64,000 bases of DNA, taken from positions 146,754,001 through 146,818,000 of the forward strand of contig OZ024742.1 in NCBI GenBank assembly GCA_964016885.1. The letters are read 5' to 3'. The notes beneath the pieces are model-generated. The model had not been told where the DNA came from. It saw nothing but the letters and a program-made list of their open reading frames with translations, and made no database searches. Positions 52,149 to 64,000 of the stretch are shown one piece after another. The number at the start of each line of letters is the position of its first letter. Within the stretch, counting starts at the first letter, position 1. This DNA is from Eledone cirrhosa. Lineage: Eukaryota. The translations under genes and the position numbers were made by a program.

Positions 52149-52209
52149 TCACTCTCATACTTTCTTCATTCTCTCTCCATCTCTCCATTCACTCCATCTT
52201 TCTCTCCTC

Positions 52210-52284
<75 letters not shown>

Positions 52285-52361
52285 CATTCCATCTTTCTCT
52301 CCACCATTTTCTTCTCTCTCTCTCTCTCTCTATTCTCTCAATCTCTCTCTCCCTTCTCTTC

Positions 52362-52402
<41 letters not shown>

Positions 52403-52445
52403 TCTCTCTCTCTCTCTCTCTCTACTCACTTCTATCCTCTCCTTT
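51990..52445. repeat. (CT)n polypyrimidine tract
   Basis: Read directly. Confidence 0.95.
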
Positions 52446-52534
52446 CCCTCAACTATCCAATCGCTCTTCCCACAACTCCCTTCCATTCAATCCATATACA
52501 TCTACTCCCACTATATTTTCCTACTTTCATCACT

Positions 52535-55500
52535 GATTCTACCACTACTGCCAACACCACCACTACCACTACCACCACCACTGCCACTACTGCCAACACC
52601 ACCACTACCACTACCACCACCACTGCCACTACTGCCAACACCACCACTACCACTACCACTAACACCACCACTACCACCAACACCAACACTAGCACCAACC
52701 CCACCACTAGCACCGACACCATCACTACCACTAACACCACCACTACCACCAACACCATCACTACCACCAACACCACCACTACCACTACCACCACCACTGC
52801 CACTACCACCAACACCACCACTACCACTACCACCACCACTACCACTACCACTACCACCACCACTACCACCAACACTGCCACTACCACCAACAACACCACT
52901 ACCACCAACACCATCACTACCACCAACACCACCACTACCACCAACACCACCACTAACACCAACATCATCACTACCACCAACACCATCACTACCACCAACA
53001 CCATCACTACCACTACCATCAACACCATCACTACCACCAACACCATCACTAACACCAACACCACCAACACCACCACTAACACCAACATCATCACTACCAC
53101 CAACACCATCACTACCACCAACACCATCACTACCACTACCATCAACACCATCACTACCACCAACACCATCACTAACACCAACACCATCACTACCACCAAC
53201 ACCACCACTACCACCAACACCATCACTACCACCAACACCAGCACTACCACCAACACCATCACTACCACCAACACCACCACTACCACCAACACCACCACTA
53301 CCACCAACACCACCACAACCACCAACACCACCACTACCACTACCACTACCACTACCACTACCACCACCACTGCCAATACCACCAACACCACCACTACCAC
53401 CAACACTACCACCAACACTGCCACTACCACCAATACCACCACTACCACCAACACCACCCCTACCACCAACACCACCACTACCACCAACACCACCACTACC
53501 ACCACCAACACCATCACTACCACCAACACCATTACTACCACCACCAACACCATCACTACCACCCCACCACCATTACCACCAACACCATCACTACCACTAC
53601 CACCAACACCCTCACTACCACCAACACCATCACTACCACCAACACCACCATTACCACCAACACCACCACTACCACCACCAACACCCTCACTACCACCACC
53701 AACACCACCATTACCACCAACACCATCACTACCACCCCACCACCATTACCACCATAACCATCACTACCACCACCAACACCATCACTACCACCACCAACAC
53801 CATCACTACCACCAACACCATGACTACCACCACCAACACCACCACCATCACTACCACTACCACCAACACCATCACTACCACCACCAACACCACCACTACC
53901 ACCAACACCACCACTACCACCAATACCACCACCAACACCAACACCACCACTACCACCACCAACACCATCACTACCACCACCAACACCATCACTACCACCA
54001 ACACCATTACTACCACCACCAACACCATCACTACCACCCCACCACCACTACCACCAACACCATCACTACCACCAACACCACCACTACCACCACGAACACC
54101 ACCACCACCACCAACACCACCACTACCACCAACACCATCACTACCACCACCAACACCACCACTACCACCAACACCACCACTACCACCAACACCATCACTA
54201 CCACCAACACCATCACTACCACCAACACCATCACTACCACCAACACCATCACTACCACCAACACCACCACTACCACCAACACCATCACTACCACCAACAC
54301 CACCACTACCACCAACACCACTACTACCACCAACACCATCACTACCACCAACACCATCACTACCACCAACACCACCACTACCACCAACACCATCACTACC
54401 ACCAACACCATCACTACCACCAACACCACCACTACCACCAACACCATCACTACCACCAACACCACCACTACCACCAACACCACCACTACCACCAACACCA
54501 TCACTACCACCAACACCATCACTACCACCAACACCACCACTACCACCAACACCACCACTACCACCAACACCACCACTACCACCAACACCACCACTACCAC
54601 CAACACCATCACTACCACTACCACCAACACTGCCACTACCACCAACACCACCACTACCACCAACACCATCACTACCACCAACACCATCACTACCACCAAC
54701 ACCATCACTACCACCAACACCACCACTACCACCAACACCATCACTACCACCAACACCATCACTACCACCAACACCATCACTACCACCAACACCATCACTA
54801 CCACCAACACCACCACTACCACCAACACCATCACTACCACCAACACCACCACTACCACCAACACCACCACTACCACCAACACCATCACTACCACCAACAC
54901 CATCACTACCACCAACACCATCACTACCACCAACACCACCACTACCACCAACACGATCACCTCCACCAACACCATCACTACCACCAACACCACCACCACC
55001 AACACCATCACTACCACCAACACCACCACTACCACCAACACCACCACTACCACCAACACCATCACTACCACCAACACCATCACTACCACCAACACCACCA
55101 CTACCACCAACACCATCAATACCACCAACACCATCACTACCACCAACACCACCACTACCACCAACACCACCACTACCACCAACACCATCACTACCACCAA
55201 CACCATCACTACCACCAACACCACCACTACCACCAACACCATCACCTCCACCAACACCATCACTACCACCAACACCATCACCACCACCACCAACACCATC
55301 ACTACCACCAACACCACCACTACCACCAACACCACCACTACCACCAACACCATCACTACCACCAACACCATCACTACCACCAACACCACCACTACCACCA
55401 ACACCATCACTACCACCAACACCATCACTACCACCAACACCATCACTACCACCACCAACACCATCACTACCACCAACACCACCACTACCACCAACACCAC

Positions 55501-56860
55501 CACCACCAACACCACCACTACCACCAACACCATCACTACCACCAACACCACCATTACCACCAACACCATCACTACCACCAACACCACCATTACCACCAAC
55601 ACCATCACTACCACCAACACCATCAATACCACCAACACCACCACTACCACCAACACCACCACTACCACCAACACCATCACTACCACCAACACCATCACTA
55701 CCACCAACACCATCACTACCACCAACACCATCACTACCACCAACACCACCACTACCACCCACCACCATTACCACCAACACCATCACTACCACCAACACCA
55801 TCACTACCACCACCAACACCACCACTACCACCAACACCATCACTACCACCAACACCATCACTACCACCCACCACCATTACCACCAACACCATCACTACCA
55901 CCAACACCACCACTACCACCCACCACCACTACCACCAACACCATCACTACCACCAACACCATCACTACCACCACCAACACCACCACTACCACCAACACCA
56001 TCACTACCACCAACACCACCACTACCACCCACCACCATTACCACCAACACCATCACTACCACCAACACCATCACTACCACCACCAACACCACCACTACCA
56101 CCAACACCATCACTACCACCAACACCACCATTACCACCAACACCATCACTACCACCAACACCATCACTACCACCAACACCATCACTACCACCAACACCAT
56201 CACTACCAGCAACACCATCACTACCACCACCAACACCACCACTACCACCCACCACCATTACCACCAACACCATCACTACCACCAACACCATCACTACCAC
56301 CACCAACACCACCACTACCACCAACACCATCACTACCACCAACACCACCACTACCACCAACACCATCACTACCACCAACACCACCATTACCACCAACACC
56401 ATCACTACCACCAACACCATCACTACCACCAACACCATCACTACCACCAACACCATCACTACCACCAACACCATCACTACCACCAACACCATCACTACCA
56501 CCAGCACCATCACTACCACCAACACCACCACTACCACCAACACCATCACTACCACCAACACCACCATTACCACCAACACCATCACTACCACCAACACCAT
56601 CACTACCACCAACACCATCACTACCACCAACACCATCACTACCACCAACACCATCACTACCACCAACACCATCACTACCAGCAACACCATCACTACCACC
56701 AACACCACCACTACCACCCACCACCATTACCAACAACACCATCACTACCACCAACACCATCACTACCACCACTAACACCACCACTACCACCCCACCACCA
56801 ACACCATCACTACTACCATCACCAACACACACACCCCTCACCACCACCACCACCACGGCA
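52535..56860. repeat. (ACC)n-derived 18-bp minisatellite ACCACCAACACCA(T/C)CACT, 4.3 kb
   Basis: Read directly; source of the PPTPSL, poly-T and HHHYHQ pseudo-ORFs. Confidence 0.97.
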
Positions 56861-56929
56861 TACATTCTCACATGCTGCAGCTTACTATCAACACGCTCCA
56901 CCACACCTCTACCCTACACACATGGTCAT

Positions 56930-59460
56930 ACACACACCAGAGACACACATATATACATACACACATACATACAACACATACATACACACACACATACAAC
57001 ACATACATACACACATACATAGACACATACATACACACATACATACAACATATACATACACACATACATAAAACATATACATACACATATACATACAACA
57101 TATACATACAACACATACATACAACACATACATACAACATATACATACACATATACATACAACACATACATACAACACATACATACACACATTCATACAA
57201 CACATACATACACACATACATACAACATATACATATACATACAACACATACATAGAACACATACATACAACACATACATACAACACATACATACAACACA
57301 TACATACAACACATACATACAACACATACATACAACACATACATACACACACATACATACAACACATACATACAACACATACATATGCACACATACATAC
57401 AACACATACATACAACACATACATACACACACATACATGCACACACATACATACAACACATACATATGCACACATACATACAACACATCCATACAACACA
57501 TACATACAACACATACATACAACACATACATACAACACATACATACAACACATACATACAACACATACATACAACACATACATACAACACATACATACAA
57601 CACATACATACACACACATACATACAACACATACATATGCACACATACATACAACACATACATACAACACATACATACACACACATACATGCACACACAT
57701 ACATACAACACATACATATGCACACATACATACAACACATCCATACAACACATACATACAACACATACATACAACACATACATACAACACATACATACAA
57801 CACATACATACAACACATACATACAACACATACATACAACACATACATACAACACATACATACACACACATACATACAACACATACATACAACACATACA
57901 TACACACACATACATACAACACATACATACGACACATACATACACACACATACATACAACACATACATACAACACATACATACAACACATACATACAACA
58001 CATACATACAACACATACATACAACACATACATACAACACATACATACACACACATACATACAACACATACATACAACACATACATACAACACATACATA
58101 CACACACATACATACACACATATACATACAACACATACATACAACACATACATACAACACATACATACAACACATACATACACACACATACATACAACAC
58201 ATACATACAACACATACATACAACACATACATACAACATATACATACAACACATACATACAACACATACATACAACACATACATACACACATACATACAA
58301 CATATACATACACACATACATACAACACATACATACAACACATACATACACACACATACATACAACACATACATACAACACATACATACACACACATACA
58401 TACAACACATACGTACACACATACATACAACACATACATACAACACATACATACAACACATACATACACACACATACATACAACACATACATACAACACA
58501 TACATACACACATACATACAACACATACATACAACACATACATACAACATATACATACACACACATACATACATACAACACATACATACAACACATACAT
58601 ACACACACATACATACAACACATACATACACACACATACATACAACATATACATACACACATACATACACACATACATACACACATACATACAACACATA
58701 CATACAACACATACATACACACACATACATACAATATATACATACAACACATACAACACATACATACAACACATACATACAACACATACATACACACACA
58801 CATACATACAACATATACATACACACATACATACACACATACATACAACATATACATATACATACAACACATACATGCAACACATACAACACATACATAC
58901 AACACATACATGCATACACTTACACATACACTTACTTTTTCTCTCTGTCATACACACTCACACATATATGCCACACATATACACCACACACATGTACACA
59001 TACACACGCCACAAACCTGAACTTACACACGCACACACATGAACACACATGAACACATACACACACACATCCACACATAACTCATACACGCCACACATGT
59101 GAACATATACACACATGCACATATACACACATACACACATAATGCATACACACAACACATGTGAACATGCACACATATACACACACATGTAAACACTTAT
59201 ATGTACACAAACACGCATGTATCACACACACACACACACACGTACAAACGCACATACACATACACATACACACACACTCACATGTATACGCGAACACACA
59301 CACACACACATACAGTAACTACACACACGCACAAACACACATATACACATGCACACACACACATACAGCAACTACACACACGCACAAACACACATATACA
59401 CACGCACACACACACACATGTATACACACCCACATGTACACACACACACACACACAGCAA
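56930..59460. repeat. 13-bp (ACATACATACAAC)n minisatellite grading into (CA)n
   Basis: Read directly. Confidence 0.96.
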
Positions 59461-59529
59461 CCACATCTAACTAGAACTAGGTTGTCTGAAGGAAACACTT
59501 GCATATTTAATTGAATTATTTCCAGATAA

Positions 59530-60065
59530 TCTCCTCTTCTTCTTCTTCTTCTTCTTCTTCTTCTTCTTCTTCTTCTTCTTCTTCTTCTTTGTCCTTCTTT
59601 TTCTTCTTTATCCTTCTTCTTTTTCTTCTTCTGCTCCTCCTCCCACTCTTTCTTCATACTTCTTTTTCATCTCCTCCTACTCCTTCATACTTCTTCATAC
59701 TTCTTCCTCCCCCTCCTCATCCTCCTCCTCTTCTTCTCCATTGCACAAGATAGTAACTTCTTCTTCTTTATCCTTCTTCTTCTTTTTCTTTTTCTTCTTC
59801 ATCCCTCTTCTTCTTTTTCTTCTTCTCCTCCTACTCCTTCATACTTCTTTGTACTTCTTCCTCCCCTCCTCATCCTCCTCCTCTTCTTCTCCATTGCACA
59901 AGATAGTAACTTCTTCTTCTTCTTTATCCTTCTTCTTCTTTTTCTTCTTCTTCTTCATCCTTCTTCTTTTTCTTCTCCTCCTCCTACTCCTTCATACTTC
60001 TTTGTACTTCTTACTCCTCCTCCACCTCTTCCTCCTCTTCTTCTCCATTGCACAAGATAGTAACT
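59530..60065. repeat. (CTT)n/(CCT)n tract with three ~150-bp units
   Basis: TTCTCCATTGCACAAGATAGTAACTT at about 59734, 59887 and 60041. Confidence 0.9.
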
Positions 60066-60583
60066 TAGTGATAGAAGGTGGAGGTGAGTTGAAGTGCAAT
60101 GCCTTCAAGCAGTTTATTGCTACCTTACTACACATGAACTTGATAAGGTCAGTCTTAACACACTCATTATATATAGTCCTAAAGATTTTAATTACCTTAC
60201 ATACTCATGTAGGCAGTGAAATGGTGAAATTGTTAGAACGTCAGATACAATGCCTTGTAGCATTTGTTCTGGCTCCCTATCCTCTCAGTTCAAACCCCGC
60301 TGAGGTCAACTTTGCCTTTCATCCTTTCGAGGTCAATAACAAAAGTACCAATCAGGCACTGGGGTCAATTTTTCTTCTATACATCTTTTTCACTTCCTTA
60401 TCACTGTCTTAACTTCTCTGAAAGAAATTGGCTGTGTTTAGTTCCAAAGAAGGATGAGTTCCATAAGATCTAAAATGTCTACAACATGCTGTTTGCCACT
60501 ATGGTGATCTAACTCCATCAGGAATCCATACATTCACTCATATATGTAAGTAACACCTTTATATATATAAAGATATATATATT

Positions 60584-60616
<33 letters not shown>

Positions 60617-60676
60617 TTTACGTCCGCTTTTCCCTGCTTGCAATAGTTATGCATAAGTCATTATTACATATATATA

Positions 60677-60706
<30 letters not shown>

Positions 60707-60708
<2 letters not shown>

Positions 60709-61270
60709 GGAGGCACATGGCTTAGTGGTTAGAACATTGGCCTTGCAATCAAAAGGTTGTGAGTTCAATTCTCAGACTGGCTGATGTGTTGTTTCCTTGA
60801 GCAAGACACTTTATTTCACATTGCTCCAGTTTACTCAGCTGTAGAAATGAGATGATAGGGACTGGGGTCCATATCACTCCACTGCAAAGTGGTCGTGTAA
60901 GCGCCATGGCAAAAAAGCACCCAGCACTCACTGTAAATGAGGTTGGTGTTAGGAAGGGCATCCAGCTGTAGAAATCAAGCCAGAATCAGTTCCCGTCCCA
61001 CCCTTGCAAGCAGGGAAAAAGCGGACGTAAAATTATGATGATGATGATGATGAATGATGAATGATATATATATATATATATATATATATATCCACACTGT
61101 AAATGTGGTTGGTGTTAGGATGGGCATCCAGCCGTAGAAAACCTTCCAGATAGTCCTGTATGAGCAAGACACGGTCACCCGACCAATCTTGGCTCAAGTG
61201 GGACAACTCCTGCCTAACCCATGCTAGCGTGGAAGATGGACGTTAAACGATGATGATGATGATGATGATA
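60707..61270 (+). mobile_element. Full-length SINE plus a second SINE 3' half
   Basis: tRNA-like head at 60709; (GAT)n tails at 61035 and 61250. Confidence 0.88.
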
Positions 61271-61539
61271 TATACATATATATATAGAGAGAGAGAGTGA
61301 GGGGGAAATTGGAAATAGCACGGAAAATATATTTAAGGGTCTGTTTTTCTTTTTTTTTTCTTTCTTTCTTTGATTCGTCAAAGTGACATAATTGAAAAAA
61401 ATGAGAGGAACAATTATTTTAAAAAAGAGTTTTATAAAGTATATAAAGTATATAAAGTATATAAAGTATATAAAGTATAACCGATTTCAATATATTAGTA
61501 AAATTCATCTTAACAAATGTTGAGTATTACAATTAAAAA

Positions 61540-62190
61540 GAATTAATAAGAATACAAACTTCTTCAAATGTCCAGAGGGCTCTGTAGAAGTAGTGGATAG
61601 TTTCTGATACCTGGGTGACCAAATAAGCATTGGCAGAGGGAGTTCTGAAAGCACAGTAGCCAGAGTGAGGAGAAGATGGAAAAAGTTCAGGGATGAGGTG
61701 ATAATGGGACCACCCAGTTCCACACTGTATATGTGGCTGGTGTTGCAGGAGCTGGTGCAATAATGCACCGGCTTAGCATTCAGCAATCAGAAGGGAGCTA
61801 GGTGTAAAAGCCAAACCTGCTACCTTCAGTTTGGTATTAGTGCCAACCCTTACCTATGGTCATGAATCTTGGGTAATGACCGAAAGAATATGACCATGAA
61901 TACAAACAACCAAAATGGTGTTCCTCTTAAGGGTCTTTGGAGTAACATTACTTGATAGAGTGCTCAGCTCAAAGATCAGAGAGTCACTCCAGGTAGAGCC
62001 CCTACTTCCCTGAATTGAGGGATCTCAGCTCTGATGCTATGGATATGTGGTTAGAATATCTCAGGAAAGAATTGCTAGACAGATTTTACGGCCAATACCA
62101 ACCAATAGGAGACCCAAGGGTAGACCCCGAGCAAGATGGTTGGATAACATCCATGAGCTCAGCTGGTCTCACTTTGGGGATCCAGTCATG
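61540..62190 (+). mobile_element. RTE-clade LINE fragments
   Basis: LKCPEGSVEVVDSF*YLGDQIS...; VPTLTYGHESWVMTERI; homology to 20740-21100. Confidence 0.7.
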
Positions 62191-62341
62191 CAGAAGGTAC
62201 AAATCTATTCTATATGATGATTTCAAATAAATTAAACAGTTCTAGTCCTGTAGAAGTTACGTATTTCTATGTGAAATGTATATATATAATTATATGTGTA
62301 TGTATATACATATATATATGTGTGTGTGTGTCTGTCTGTGC

Positions 62342-62418
<77 letters not shown>

Positions 62419-62591
62419 TAGACGCGCTCCATCATCCACTTTTCTAAAAAAAAGTATATCATACACAAAAAGCCAGCATCAACAATTTTCCAAGAGATGA
62501 CAACATGAATGGACCTGCTATTTTTACTTTAAAAACATTTTTTCAGATTCCGCCCTGCCCATCCCTTCAATCTTTCTAATTTATCATTCTT

Positions 62592-62627
62592 TCTTCTGAT
62601 GAATGACTAATAGCCAAAACGTTAAGA
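62592..62627 (+). ncRNA. Degenerate minimal hammerhead (family K)
   Basis: TCTT-CTGATGA-ATGACTAATAGCC-AAAAC-GTT-AAGA. Confidence 0.4.
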
Positions 62628-63019
62628 CCCTCTCCCTGCTATTTTAAGCATTAATCTAATATATTCCTCCCACATACTGTACCTAGTGTTCTTATTTCTG
62701 TTTACCTTTTACATATATAGATATATATATATAAAAGGTGATGTGTTGTTTCCTTGAGCAAGACACTTTATTTCACATTGCTCCAGTTTACTCAGCTGTA
62801 GAAATGAGATGATAGGGAATATAAAGTGGTCGTGGAGGTGCCACAGCAAAAAAGCACCCAGCCCTCACTGTAAATGAGGTTGGTGTTAGGAAGGGCATCC
62901 AGCTGTAGAAATCAAGCCAGAATCAGTTCCCGTTCCACCCTTGCAAGCAGGGAAAAAGCAGACGTAAAATGAAATGATGATGATTATAAGAACAGATTAA
63001 AGTTTAATAAATAATAATG

Positions 63020-63810
63020 AAAATATTGTGTACAGTGCTCAGGTGCACTACAACTCATCAAAAAGTGTATGTAATGTACAAACGTCAGGAAAATGAACAG
63101 TGCATGAGTCATGATATACATGTGTGCATGTGTATGGAAGGGGGACATCAGGTGTAGTTTTGGCGAATTTCGGGAAGCATGAGGGTTTTAAAGGATGCAG
63201 TGTCTCGGCAGCTAACAACTGACGCAGGCAGTTTGTTCCATGCTTCAGCAACTCTGAGCGTGAAAAATAGTTTCCGAAAGTCATGGGAGCTGTGTTGTTT
63301 TCTGATTTTGTAGGCATGTCCACGTGTGTTAGACACATGGAAATCAAAAAGGTGCTCAGGGTTGTTGTTGGCGAGATGGTTAATAACTTTGTGGGTGTTT
63401 ACCAAGTCCATTGCCAGACGTCAGAGCTTCAATGAATCCATGCCCAGGGAAGCAAGGCATTCAGAGTATGGTAGGTGTCTGATGGAGGGTAGGCGCTTGG
63501 TTGCACGTCTCTGAACAATTTCCAGGAGGTCAATGTTCTGAGCAAGATAGGGGTTCCAGACTGATGATGGGAATTCCAAGTGTGGTCGTACCATAACTGC
63601 ATACAGCTTTAAATAGATGGCTGGAGAGCGGCTAACAAAGGTCTTGCTGAGTGATGCCAAGACACCCTCAGCCTTCTTGACAATCTTAGAGACATGCTTT
63701 GTCCAACGCAAATCGCTGCTGACAGTAATGCCCAGGTCACGTTCACAAGAGGACTTCTTGATATCAGTGTTGTGGAGGGAGTATGTGGACGCTGGATTTT
63801 TCCTCCCACA
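63020..63810 (-). mobile_element. CR1-clade LINE 3' fragment
   Basis: ERDLGI, LYAVMVRPHLEF.SSVWNPY, LEIVQRRATK, TRGH.YK, FFTLRVAEAWNKLP. Confidence 0.92.
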
Positions 63811-63900
63811 GCCAGCTTCAGTTGCCAGTCTATATATGTATCATATTTATATATATATAATCCTTATCGAGCCCTCTTCGGATTTTAGTCTTCACATTTT

Positions 63901-63947
<47 letters not shown>

Positions 63948-64000
63948 AATATAGAAAAGCTTCTACAGGACTAGAACTGTTTCATTTGTGAGAAATAATC

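Noticed and set aside
53820-57071. 1083-aa extensin/mucin-like ORF and the antisense Gly/Val ORFs
   Set aside because: Translation of an 18-bp repeat with frames swapping at indels; no signal peptide or unique domain
56868-59657. Cys/Met/Tyr/Val-rich and His/Thr-rich ORFs
   Set aside because: Translations of the 13-mer and (CA)n repeats
60709-60780. tRNA gene (GCA anticodon-like)
   Set aside because: It is the head of a multi-copy SINE and continues into the SINE body without a proper acceptor stem or terminator

Overview
This is AT-rich, repeat-saturated animal genomic DNA, most likely a cephalopod such as Octopus (inferred from the SINE and LINE repertoire and the dense (TA)n/(CA)n/(ATC)n microsatellites). 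No host protein-coding gene can be called confidently, and most long ORFs are artefacts of tandem repeats. Recognisable content: a 7.4 kb 32-bp satellite with higher-order structure; an old Gypsy element with both LTRs; R4/Dong, RTE, CR1 and CRE-like LINE fragments; several Penelope-like (PLE) RT/GIY-YIG remnants; hAT and piggyBac-type MITEs; a Helitron-like element carrying minisatellites; and dozens of tRNA-derived SINEs. The most striking signal is a set of about 20 hammerhead-ribozyme (HHR) motifs from at least 8 sequence families. About 13 of them lie in a 3.5 kb island (44.0-47.5 kb). Many sit in near-perfect fold-back (hairpin) elements inserted in (TA)n tracts, and one family shows compensatory covariation in stem II. 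All folds and motifs were read by eye, and coordinates of degenerate elements are approximate.
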